From: Alphaproteobacteria bacterium
Lineage (GTDB): Bacteria; Pseudomonadota; Alphaproteobacteria; JBFXJJ01
DNA length: 64,000 nt
Assembly: GCA_050175015.1 (NCBI GenBank)
Contig: JBFXJJ010000010.1
Span: forward strand, 1-64,000
Direction: 5' to 3'
Shown here: piece after piece, positions 38,642 to 47,774 of the stretch
How the letters are laid out: each line of letters opens with the position of its first letter
How positions within the stretch are numbered: position 1 is the first letter of the stretch
Made by a program: the position numbers and the translations under genes
The notes under the pieces: generated by a model
Told to the model about the DNA's origin: nothing
Seen by the model: only the letters and a program-made list of their open reading frames with translations
The model's database searches: none

Positions 38642-39722
38642 AAAGAGAAAAAATCCTTTTAATAATATTTTCTGGGTTATGGTTGTTTATAGTTAGCTTT
38701 ATGCTTTCATTACTAAAGTTTAATATATTATCTTTTGAGGAAATAACACGCTCTATTTTGTTTTTTAAATCATTTTCGTTATCTTTCTCAAAAAGGTAAC
38801 CGTTTGCATTTTGTTTTATGTAACAAGATGTGCCATTGTCATTGCTACAAATAACAGGAAGAGCACAAGACATAGCTTCAAGTTGTGAAAAAGAGGCTGG
38901 CTCCTTACTGCTTGGTAAGACAAAAAGATTATGTTTTTGGTACTCTGCCAAAATGTCATTATGAGGTAAATTGTTTTTTATCGTTATATAGTCATCTGCA
39001 TTGTTTTGTTTTATTAAGTCCGTTATTTTCGCAAAATATTGGAGATGTTCAGGCGTTGAATTTTCTCCAATTATGGTTAAGGATAAATCATATTTAGCTT
39101 TTAAGTCGCAAACGGCTTTTATCAAAAGGTGAAGATTTTTTCTTTCAACAAATTTACCAACAGAGATTATTTTTATTTTATCACAAGGAACAATCTTTTT
39201 TGAGGTAACCTCTATTGCAAACGGAACATAAAAATAAAATTGATTTAATTGAAAAATGTTGTCTTGAATATTTTTTACAGGAGTAATCCATTTGAACCCT
39301 AAAAGTTTTGATAACAGAACACAGCGTTTGGTTTTGGGCATTGTTTCAAGTGGATTTTGGCAGTAAAGAATAGCTTTTATTCCAAATATTTTTGCTAAGA
39401 TAATGGTCAAAAAACTAAGGAAAATGGTGTTGGGATCTCTTGCAATAATAAGATTAGGCTGTGCTTTTTTTAGTTCAAGGGCATAGCTAATAATGTTTGG
39501 GAAAAAAGATCTTATAGTTCGGCTATAATTAAATTTAAAAATATTTTTAAGTAGATTGAATAATATTGATGGTTTTATAATTTTAGGTTCCAAGACATTA
39601 TAGTTTTCGCTGTTTCCTTTTGTAATGGCAAAAAAAGATACATCGTGGCCTTCTTTTTTCAAGGCTTTAACTAAATAAAATTGATTTGTGTGAAATCTTG
39701 GAGCAACAAACAAAATTTTCAT
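38634..39722 (-). CDS. GT4 glycosyltransferase
   Basis: 'VGKFVERKN', 'LPSSKEPASFSQLEAMS'. Confidence 0.85.
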   Translation of the reverse strand: MKILFVAPRFHTNQFYLVKALKKEGHDVSFFAITKGNSENYNVLEPKIIKPSILFNLLKNIFKFNYSRTIRSFFPNIISYALELKKAQPNLIIARDPNTIFLSFLTIILAKIFGIKAILYCQNPLETMPKTKRCVLLSKLLGFKWITPVKNIQDNIFQLNQFYFYVPFAIEVTSKKIVPCDKIKIISVGKFVERKNLHLLIKAVCDLKAKYDLSLTIIGENSTPEHLQYFAKITDLIKQNNADDYITIKNNLPHNDILAEYQKHNLFVLPSSKEPASFSQLEAMSCALPVICSNDNGTSCYIKQNANGYLFEKDNENDLKNKIERVISSKDNILNFSNESIKLTINNHNPENIIKRIFSLYD

Positions 39723-40945
39723 TGGTTGTTTTCCTTTTTTTTAGGAATGTAACCATCTTGTAGCATTTTAATGTTTTTCGATATTTCAAAATCTTCTTTT
39801 TTGTTTTTTGTAATACAGGTTAAATAGTTTTGGACAAGATTAATATGCGCTTCGCAGGTTAAAATGTTTTTTATTAAAAAAAAGTTTTTAGTTTTTTTTA
39901 TAATGTTGAGGGTGTTTTTGCCGTGTTTGAAGCACCAATTATCCCAATATAGTTTAAGTTTTGAACTGTTTTGGGCTATGTCTGAGATGTATTTTAAATA
40001 AGATAAGAAATAGTTTTTGCCATCATTTTCTAATTTTTTAATAGTTGTTTCATCTTCTAAAAATTCAAAAGGGATAATTTCTATATTGGGTTTTTTGTTT
40101 GCTGCAAGCTCAATGGTTGCCGCATAGCTAGTATTAAATAAATCTAGTTTTTTAGTTTTTGTTTTTAAGAACGATTTTATCAAAAATTTAATTTTAGATT
40201 TTAGATTTTTATAAATAATTTTATCGAAAATAAAATTTCCTAAGCTGTACACTATAATAGAGTTATTATACTCCTCATAACCTTGAGGACAGTGGGTATG
40301 ACTTGCGATTACTGCATCAGCACCAGCGTTGGTGTATTCTCGGTATAGTTTTACCGTGTTGGGACTGGGAAAGGGACAATATTCATTGCCTCCGTGAATA
40401 AAAACAACAACAAAGTTATTTTCTTTTTTTAAGTTTTGTATTTGCAAAACGTTCTGTATCGGGGATAAAGGAGAAGAACCACCTTTATTATCTTCAGCCA
40501 TACCAAATTCATTTTCAGCAAGAGCAATAAAGGCGGCCTTAAAACCATTTTTTTCCAAAATAAATGGGGATTGTGCTTCAGATAAATTTTTTCCCATACC
40601 GATATAGTTTATCTTATATTCGTTTAAAGTTTTGATGCTGTCTTCAATGCCATTTTCATAATCACCAATGTGGTTGTTTGCACAAACGGCAAGATTAAAG
40701 CCTGTTTGTTTTAAAAAATCAGCACATATGGGGTCTAATTTTAAATTAATGCCAAATTTGGGAGCTTTTTTCAGACTTTTTGTAAGTGGTGCTTCTAGGT
40801 TCAATACCGTAATATCCGATTTGCTGATGTCATTTTTGAATGGTTCTATTATTTTGAAACTTTCTTTGTTTTCTATTCTTTCTTTTGTTTTGTTCAGAGG
40901 ACAAAAATCGCCAACACAAAATATTTTGAGATTATTATTTGCCAT
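39719..40945 (-). CDS. CapA-family metallophosphoesterase-like protein
   Basis: 'GDF', 'NLEAP', 'ANNHIGDY', 'HGGNE', 'HTH', 'YSLGNF'; probable start MANNN at 40945. Confidence 0.85.
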   Translation of the reverse strand: MANNNLKIFCVGDFCPLNKTKERIENKESFKIIEPFKNDISKSDITVLNLEAPLTKSLKKAPKFGINLKLDPICADFLKQTGFNLAVCANNHIGDYENGIEDSIKTLNEYKINYIGMGKNLSEAQSPFILEKNGFKAAFIALAENEFGMAEDNKGGSSPLSPIQNVLQIQNLKKENNFVVVFIHGGNEYCPFPSPNTVKLYREYTNAGADAVIASHTHCPQGYEEYNNSIIVYSLGNFIFDKIIYKNLKSKIKFLIKSFLKTKTKKLDLFNTSYAATIELAANKKPNIEIIPFEFLEDETTIKKLENDGKNYFLSYLKYISDIAQNSSKLKLYWDNWCFKHGKNTLNIIKKTKNFFLIKNILTCEAHINLVQNYLTCITKNKKEDFEISKNIKMLQDGYIPKKKENNQ

Positions 40946-41822
40946 TGGTTTTATAATCCCATAAATTACCCATCTCGAAATCAAAAGATATAGGAAAAAC
41001 AGGCATCGTTCCTGCGCCAGAGCATGGGGTTAACTCTCCAAAGACGATTTTTTCTTCATTAATGCAGTAAAAATCAACTCTCATAGCATCAAAATCTTTG
41101 CCCAAAATTTCAGCAAGCTCGATCATTTTTTCCATTTTTTTAGGTTTTTTTATTTCGCCTTTACAGGGGTAACCATGGAAAACTTCGAGGTTTTGTTTAT
41201 TCCAATCACAATCATAAACAACCCTATAATGATTTTTTGTAAAACGTCCAAAATCTACTTGAATATAGTAAGCTTTGCCTCCAAAAGTGAAAATTTTATA
41301 ATCACTTGGAACTCTAAAATCATCTTCATATAAAAAACGCTCAAAAAGAACTCTAGGCTTCATTTTTAAATACCAATTTTCATCTGTTGCAAAGCCTATT
41401 TTATGAGAAAGCATATAGCTCGCTTTATCTTTTATGATTTGTTTTGATATTTTTGATTTATCTTTTACAAGAAAGATGAAATCCTTGCCACTTCCATGGG
41501 CGCCTTTCATAACAAAAGTTTGAGGGAGTTTTTCAAAGTCTATATCAGATGTTTTTTCTGCAACAAGAAAAATATCATTGAGATATTCTTCTCCAATTTT
41601 GTTTTTAATATAATCTCTAACAAGAAATTTATCACCAATTTTGATAGCATAATCCATATTGCGATAAAGTTTCATATGAAGGGTCTTTTCGCAGAAAGAT
41701 TGCGGATTTTTTAAATTTGGCCAGTATTTCATTTTTCTGCGAAAACGCAAAATCTCGTGCAATCTTTTTCCTAAAACAAGACGAGACAAGATGTTCATAA
41801 GTGGTTTTATTTTTTTAAGCAA
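40935..41822 (-). CDS. TupA-like ATP-grasp amidoligase
   Basis: 'NPQSFCEK', 'DKFLVRDY', 'FVMK..HGSG', 'DYKIFTF', 'RVDFY', 'FGELT'. Confidence 0.85.
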   Translation of the reverse strand: MLKKIKPLMNILSRLVLGKRLHEILRFRRKMKYWPNLKNPQSFCEKTLHMKLYRNMDYAIKIGDKFLVRDYIKNKIGEEYLNDIFLVAEKTSDIDFEKLPQTFVMKGAHGSGKDFIFLVKDKSKISKQIIKDKASYMLSHKIGFATDENWYLKMKPRVLFERFLYEDDFRVPSDYKIFTFGGKAYYIQVDFGRFTKNHYRVVYDCDWNKQNLEVFHGYPCKGEIKKPKKMEKMIELAEILGKDFDAMRVDFYCINEEKIVFGELTPCSGAGTMPVFPISFDFEMGNLWDYKTNGK

Positions 41823-42036
41823 TAGATTTGCCCTTAAGGTATTTAATTATGATGATTTAAACATCAGGATAATATTAAATTAATAATAAAATGTCGAGTT
41901 CATAAGTGTAAAAAAGTTGAAAAAATAAAAACATTTTGGTATAAGCAAAACCTGTTTGTTTTTTAGCAAAGTTTAAATAACATTTTTAGTTTGTTTTAGG
42001 AATAAAGTTTGATTTTTTTTATGTGTTTGGAGCAAT

Positions 42037-43500
42037 ATGTTATTTAATTCCTATTCTTATATTTTGTTGTTTTTACCAATAACGTTTTTTGTTTATTATG
42101 CCCTTAATAAATGGCACTATGTTTTAGCTGGTAGAGCCTTTCTAGTTATGGCATCACTGTTTTTTTATTCTTGGTGGAATCCTTTATATTTACCGTTTTT
42201 ATTGTTTTCTATTCTGGTTAATTATGCCATAGGCACGGCTCTTTTAAACGAAAAAGAAGGCAGAATTAAACCAAAGTTTCTGCTTATATTTGGGATAATG
42301 CTAAATTTAGGTTTTTTGGGCTATTTTAAGTACGCTGATTTTTTTATTTCGAATGTTAATATTTTATTTAAGACTAATTTTAATCTTTTAAAGATAGTTT
42401 TACCTCTAGCTATATCTTTTTTTACATTTCAACAAATAGCATATTTGGCTGATAGCTATAAAAAAGAGACCAAAGAATATGATTTTTTAAATTATAGCTT
42501 GTTCGTTTGTTTTTTTCCGCAGTTAATCGCTGGACCTATTGTTCATCATATGGAAATGATGCCTCAATTTGCTAATAAACGTAATCTTATTAAAAATTAT
42601 AAAAACATAGCTCTTGGATTTTTTATTTTTTCTTTGGGGCTTTTTAAAAAATCGGTAATTGCTGATTACTTTGCAAACTTTGCTAATAATGGTTATGAGG
42701 CAGCAAATACGCTTAATTTTGTAGAAGGCTGGGTTACAAGTTTAAGTTATACCTTTCAGCTATATTTTGATTTTTCTGGATATACTGATATGGCGATTGG
42801 TTCTGCTCTTTTGTTTAATATTAAATTACCCCTTAATTTTAATTCTCCATATAAAGCTCTTAATATTCAAGATTTTTGGAGACGTTGGCATATGACACTT
42901 TCAAGGTGGCTTAAAGATTATTTGTATATTCCTCTTGGCGGTAATCGCAAAGGTAGAGTTAGAGGTTATATGAATTTATTTATAACATTTTTGCTTGGTG
43001 GTTTATGGCATGGTGCCGCTTGGACATTTGTTGTTTGGGGAGCAATGCATGGTTTTGCTACTGTTCTCTATAAAGTATGGCATAGCTTAGGCTTTAAATT
43101 ACCGAAGCTTATTGCTTGGTTTATAACGTTTATGTTTATTAACATTACGTGGATATTTTTTAGAGCTGATAATTTGACGCAAGCAAAGAGTATTCTGAAA
43201 GCTATGTTGGGAATGCAAGGATTTAGAGTTCCCAGAAAACTAGGTTTTTTGGCAGATGTTTTTCCTAAGATTGATGTTCAAGTTGGAGATATGTTAGGAA
43301 ACATTTATAAAAATAGTCCTCTAAACGTGTTTTTAATATTTTTTGCTATTTTTATTATAGTCTTTATATTAAATAACTCTAATGAGTTAAAAGAAAAATT
43401 TAAACCTACCATTAAATACCAAATATTTAATAGCATTGTTTTAGTTGTTGGTTTGATGTCTTTAGTTAAGGTTTCAGAGTTTTTATATTTTAATTTTTAG
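42037..43500 (+). CDS. MBOAT O-acyltransferase (AlgI/PatA-like)
   Basis: 'LPLAISFFTFQ', 'FDFSGYTD', 'FWRRWH', 'GLWHG', C-terminal 'FLYFNF'. Confidence 0.93.
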   Translation: MLFNSYSYILLFLPITFFVYYALNKWHYVLAGRAFLVMASLFFYSWWNPLYLPFLLFSILVNYAIGTALLNEKEGRIKPKFLLIFGIMLNLGFLGYFKYADFFISNVNILFKTNFNLLKIVLPLAISFFTFQQIAYLADSYKKETKEYDFLNYSLFVCFFPQLIAGPIVHHMEMMPQFANKRNLIKNYKNIALGFFIFSLGLFKKSVIADYFANFANNGYEAANTLNFVEGWVTSLSYTFQLYFDFSGYTDMAIGSALLFNIKLPLNFNSPYKALNIQDFWRRWHMTLSRWLKDYLYIPLGGNRKGRVRGYMNLFITFLLGGLWHGAAWTFVVWGAMHGFATVLYKVWHSLGFKLPKLIAWFITFMFINITWIFFRADNLTQAKSILKAMLGMQGFRVPRKLGFLADVFPKIDVQVGDMLGNIYKNSPLNVFLIFFAIFIIVFILNNSNELKEKFKPTIKYQIFNSIVLVVGLMSLVKVSEFLYFNF

Positions 43501-43516
43501 TAGGTTTCTTTAAAGT

Positions 43517-44464
43517 ATGAGCTATAGAAAATATCTTCTCAGGGTTTTACTGTTTTCTATCATAAACATTTTTCTTATTCTTAGTTTAGCAGCTTATTTA
43601 AATAAAGATTATGAAAGCGATGTTTTGTTTGATAAAGAATATTTATTAAAAACAAATCCTCAAATAATATTTGCTGGCGATAGCCGTGCGGAAATGCATT
43701 TGGACCCAGATGTAGCTGTGGCTTTTTTAGATATGAAAAATGGAGATGTTATTAATATTGCCCAATCTTCAGGAGATATTCTTGTTGTAAATGATTTGGC
43801 CGTACGATTTCCTAATAAATTTATCAATGCGACGCTTATCGTCAGTATTAGTGCTAATCAATTAAATGATGGTGCTAAAACACCCGTTTACTTTCCTAAT
43901 TCTATGATTGCAAAAATGAATATTTTTGAGCAAATACAGATGTTTATTCCTAAAAATGCTGAAACATTATTTGCATATTATTACAGTAATATTGAACAAA
44001 AAATCAAAAAAATATTAGGTATTAATTTAAAAAAACCAAACCATAAATATGATAATCATAGAGGTTTTAAAATAAACGATAAAATGGCAAGTTTAGAGAG
44101 AATGATTTCAAAGAAAGATATAAATAATCATCCTTGGTATCAAAATTATAATTATTATGGTTTAAAGCACCAACTAATAAAAGATGCGCTTTCATCCTTG
44201 AAGAAAAGAGTAAAGAGGTTGGTTGTTTATACAGGAACATTCGCTCCTACTTATATAAAAAATATAGAAAATACAAATGTTTGGGAGAGTGAAGTTGTTT
44301 TTCAAAAGGCTCTTTTCGAAATATGCAAGGATTTGGATATAGAATTTATAAATTTTGTGGATTATAGCGATTTCGAAGATAAACTTTTTTCTGATGAAGC
44401 TCATTTCAATTATGAAGGTGCTAAAGTTTTTACTAAAATATTACTTTCAAAAGTTTTCAATTAG
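43517..44464 (+). CDS. SGNH-like periplasmic partner of the MBOAT
   Basis: N-terminal anchor, 'AGDSR', C-terminal 'FSDEAH.N..GA' (DxxH). Confidence 0.75.
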   Translation: MSYRKYLLRVLLFSIINIFLILSLAAYLNKDYESDVLFDKEYLLKTNPQIIFAGDSRAEMHLDPDVAVAFLDMKNGDVINIAQSSGDILVVNDLAVRFPNKFINATLIVSISANQLNDGAKTPVYFPNSMIAKMNIFEQIQMFIPKNAETLFAYYYSNIEQKIKKILGINLKKPNHKYDNHRGFKINDKMASLERMISKKDINNHPWYQNYNYYGLKHQLIKDALSSLKKRVKRLVVYTGTFAPTYIKNIENTNVWESEVVFQKALFEICKDLDIEFINFVDYSDFEDKLFSDEAHFNYEGAKVFTKILLSKVFN

Positions 44465-44680
44465 AGTTAGTAGCTTTTGAAGTTAAGTTATATATTCAAA
44501 AAAACAAAGAAGCAAATGCAGTTTTTGAATTTATCTAAGTATTAATTAAGTAAACATTGAGTTGTGTCTTACAATATAACAAGTATAAGATATGCGATTA
44601 AATTTAATAAATGGTTATTAAAAAACAATGATTGCAAGAGAAAACTAAATTTTAGTTCTAAAAGTTTATTTTAATGGTAT

Positions 44681-45082
44681 CTATTTTTCATTATCAACAA
44701 CGGCGACAGCTTCAAATTCCACTTTGATTTTAGGGTTAGGAAACGAGGTTTGTAAGGTGAATCTTGCGGGTTGGTTTTCTGGGTTAGGAAAATATTTTAA
44801 ATAGATTTCATTCATAGCATCAAAGTCATTTAAGTCAGATAAGAAAATTCCAACTTTAATAATTTTATTAACGCAGCTTCCCGCTCTTTCCACAAACATT
44901 TTAACATTTTCCATAGCCTTTTCAGCTTGGGTGTAAATGTCGCCGTCAATAAACTCTCCCGTATGCCAATCAACTGATGGCTGGGTTGATATGAAAACGA
45001 GTTTTCCTTCTGAAGATACAAGGTTGTTATAGGGGGTTTTAGGTTCTTTTAAATCATCAAAATGATATACTTTTTTACTCAT
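44681..45082 (-). CDS. RidA/YjgF family imine deaminase
   Basis: 'PY', 'FDAMNEIY..YF', catalytic Arg in 'PARF', 'VEFEAVA'. Confidence 0.88.
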   Translation of the reverse strand: MSKKVYHFDDLKEPKTPYNNLVSSEGKLVFISTQPSVDWHTGEFIDGDIYTQAEKAMENVKMFVERAGSCVNKIIKVGIFLSDLNDFDAMNEIYLKYFPNPENQPARFTLQTSFPNPKIKVEFEAVAVVDNEK

Positions 45083-45102
45083 AAAATATTCCTGAACTTT
45101 TG

Positions 45103-45825
45103 CTATTTCAAAAAATCACCGACATATAAAAGATGTTCCCAAGGAAGGTCATCATTAGAAACTACGTCAAGAATGGTATCTAACGTTGCTTTTATAATAT
45201 TTTCTCGGTCTTTAAAGCCTGCCGCAGAGACAATAGCAACAGGAGTGTCTCCTTCATAATGAAGTTTAAGCTCACTAACAACATTGGGTAAATCCATATT
45301 CATTGTAAACAAGATCATAGTCGATTTAGTTTGAGCTAATTTGGCAATTTTTCCTGTTTCAGTTTTAACCGCCTTAGTTAAAACTATCGCCGCATCATAA
45401 GAGTTGCTTAACTCTTTTCCTAAGGCAGCACTTGCGGCATTAAAACTTGATATGCCAGGAATAATAACAGGATTTAAATCGGCAAATTCTTTAAGGTATC
45501 CCGCTTGTGGACTGTAAATTGTTGGATCGCCAAAATCTAAAATAGCGACGGTTTTGCCAGCGAAAACAGCTTGTCTGATGATTTTTCTAATTTTATCTTC
45601 TTCTGTTAAAACTTCGGTTTCATCTTTTCCTCTGCGACCCATAGGCGTAAAAAGTCCGTGTCCCGCATCATAAACTTCTTTATTTGTTAGATAATCTTGG
45701 AACTGTTCTTTAACAAAATCCATAGCAAAAACAATATCAGCACTTTCTATAGTCTTAACAGCTTTAAGGGTAATATTATCAATATCACCAATGCCTACGC
45801 TAACAAGGTATAAATTGGTTTCCAT
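45103..45825 (-). CDS. Tetrapyrrole methylase family (class III SAM) methyltransferase, CobM-like
   Basis: 'LVSVGIGDIDNITLKA', 'GDPTIYS', 'IPGISSFNAA', 'TPVAIV'. Confidence 0.85.
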   Translation of the reverse strand: METNLYLVSVGIGDIDNITLKAVKTIESADIVFAMDFVKEQFQDYLTNKEVYDAGHGLFTPMGRRGKDETEVLTEEDKIRKIIRQAVFAGKTVAILDFGDPTIYSPQAGYLKEFADLNPVIIPGISSFNAASAALGKELSNSYDAAIVLTKAVKTETGKIAKLAQTKSTMILFTMNMDLPNVVSELKLHYEGDTPVAIVSAAGFKDRENIIKATLDTILDVVSNDDLPWEHLLYVGDFLK

Positions 45826-45837
45826 TATTGTTGCTCC

Positions 45838-46851
45838 TTAAATTAAAATTATGCGGTTTAATATATCCGGCATTTCTAATTCCCATTTAATATCTATAAT
45901 TGATAATTGATTTTTATCAAGTTTTTGAAAGTTAGATGGGGATAAAATGCGTGGAATATAACTATTTTCATTTTTTTGTAAAACACCTGTTCCTGTCCAA
46001 AATTTTGTAACCGAAGTTTTACTTGAGCCGATAGCCAAAGCTTCAGGAATAGAGCTGCAAAAGACTAAAATGCTGTCTTCTCCCAAAACAAAGTCTTGCC
46101 TTTTCTGGCAATCCTCAAAAGCATCGTGATATATGGCTCCATTATTCAAACATTCCAAGTAGTTAGCAGAAGATATTTTTGATAAATCTTTAAGAGCAAG
46201 ATTGCCATTTTTACAGAAGTTAAGCTCGGCTCTTTTTAACATTTTTTCTTTTTTTTCATCACTCCAGCTTAAAAACTTTTTTTTATTATTTGCAAAAGTT
46301 ATCGCAAGCTCGTCTTCAAGTTCGTTTTGCGATGAATATAAAGTTGCTAATCGTGTTAACTCTATTTTCAGATTATGCGGTAAATATGGATTTAAGATTT
46401 TTAAAAGAAGATTAAAAGATGAACAGTATTGATTCATTGCATCTGGTTTGATGTTATTCATACGAGAAACCACGACATCATCAGATGCAAAATAAAAGCA
46501 TACGCCATAAGGGGCAAAATGAGCAATAGGTGCCAAAAAGTTAATGTAATGGCACAGCATAAATAATTCAGCAAAATCAACACTTGGAGCAGATGGCAGC
46601 CGCCATAATTTGTAGCCTCCAAATTCAAGCACAAATTTCAAAGGGGTTTTGTTTTCTAAGCTGTAATTTATTGCGGTTTTAATTCTGGTTACAGCACTTT
46701 CATCTAATGCCCATTTGCGAAAATCTTTTCTAGTTACAAGCTTGTAAAGTCTGGTTCTAATATCGCTAAAATTGGAGTATTTTTCTATTGTTTGCAAAGA
46801 AATGGAGGCGCAATTTTGAATGTGATTGTTAAGAAAAGTAGAAACCGTCAT
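45838..46851 (-). CDS. Hypothetical enzyme, remote PvcA/DIT1 (isonitrile synthase)-like
   Basis: Motif order 'PLKFVLEFGGYK..VDFAE..G...FASDD..QY' parallels the PvcA-family 'F.LPAFP.K..LPD.AE..PG....SDG..Y'; by-eye similarity only. Confidence 0.5.
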   Translation of the reverse strand: MTVSTFLNNHIQNCASISLQTIEKYSNFSDIRTRLYKLVTRKDFRKWALDESAVTRIKTAINYSLENKTPLKFVLEFGGYKLWRLPSAPSVDFAELFMLCHYINFLAPIAHFAPYGVCFYFASDDVVVSRMNNIKPDAMNQYCSSFNLLLKILNPYLPHNLKIELTRLATLYSSQNELEDELAITFANNKKKFLSWSDEKKEKMLKRAELNFCKNGNLALKDLSKISSANYLECLNNGAIYHDAFEDCQKRQDFVLGEDSILVFCSSIPEALAIGSSKTSVTKFWTGTGVLQKNENSYIPRILSPSNFQKLDKNQLSIIDIKWELEMPDILNRIILI

Positions 46852-47774
46852 AATTTAAGCTCGCTAAAAACATTTTCAATGGTGTTGAAAATAGAAGTCT
46901 CATCGAGACCAAACGTTTGGTAGAGTTGTTCGGTCTCGCCTGAAGTTCCAAAGCAATCAGGCATTCCAATTCGAAAGACTTTTGTATGGCTTTTTTCTGA
47001 TAATATCTCGGCTATTGAGCTTCCAAAACCACAATTAATTTGATGTTCTTCTACGGTTATGACGGCTGAAAATTTTGGGGCAAGCAATTCTAGTTTTTTG
47101 GTATCTAATGGTTTTAGATGACTAGCACCAAAAACGGCTATGTTTTTTCCTGTCTTATTTTGATACTCGGCAGCAGCATTTAACGCTTTTTCACATATAG
47201 CTCCCGTTGCGATTAGAGCGATGTCTTTACCATCTTTTATCGAAACAAAAGGCTCATCATAACGTTTTCCTAATTTAACGGCGGCATAACGTGATAAGCG
47301 CAGATAAACAGGACCTTTATGGTTGGCGGCTTCTTTCGTGCATAGCTTACAGTCATAATCATCAAAAGGAGATAGAATTTTTAAATTTGGCAAACAGCGC
47401 ATTAAAGCTAAATCTTCAAAGCATTGATGCGTTGCTCCATCTTTAGCTGGGGCAAAACCAATATGCGCACCGATAATTTTAACATTGGCATTTTGCAAGC
47501 ATATTGAATTGCGAATCTGTTCCCAATTTCTGCCAGGACTAAAACAGGCATAACTTGAAACAAAAGGAATTTTCCCCTCAAGAGCCATACCTGCGGCAAC
47601 TCCTATCATATTTTGTTCACTGATGCCCATTTCAAAATAGCGGTTAGGAAAATGTTCGGCAAAAATGCCGACCCCAGTAGAGTTTTTAACATCTCCCGAT
47701 AGGCAGACAATATTAGGGTCTTTTTCACCCAATTCTTTTAGGGTTTGACCAAGGACTAAATGAAGATTACTCAT
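46848..47774 (-). CDS. Transketolase, C-terminal subunit
   Basis: 'MGISEQNMIGVAAG', 'DGATHQ', 'GPVYLRL', 'TVEEH'. Confidence 0.92.
   Translation of the reverse strand: MSNLHLVLGQTLKELGEKDPNIVCLSGDVKNSTGVGIFAEHFPNRYFEMGISEQNMIGVAAGMALEGKIPFVSSYACFSPGRNWEQIRNSICLQNANVKIIGAHIGFAPAKDGATHQCFEDLALMRCLPNLKILSPFDDYDCKLCTKEAANHKGPVYLRLSRYAAVKLGKRYDEPFVSIKDGKDIALIATGAICEKALNAAAEYQNKTGKNIAVFGASHLKPLDTKKLELLAPKFSAVITVEEHQINCGFGSSIAEILSEKSHTKVFRIGMPDCFGTSGETEQLYQTFGLDETSIFNTIENVFSELKL

Noticed and set aside
25063-44464. Phase-variable homopolymer tracts in glycan genes
   Set aside because: Only poly-A/T runs typical of the AT-rich background; no long poly-G/C tracts or frameshifted genes were seen.
45103-45825. 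Borosin peptide N-methyltransferase acting on the 47-aa peptide
   Set aside because: It has the GDP motif of tetrapyrrole methylases rather than the YGHP motif of borosin enzymes.
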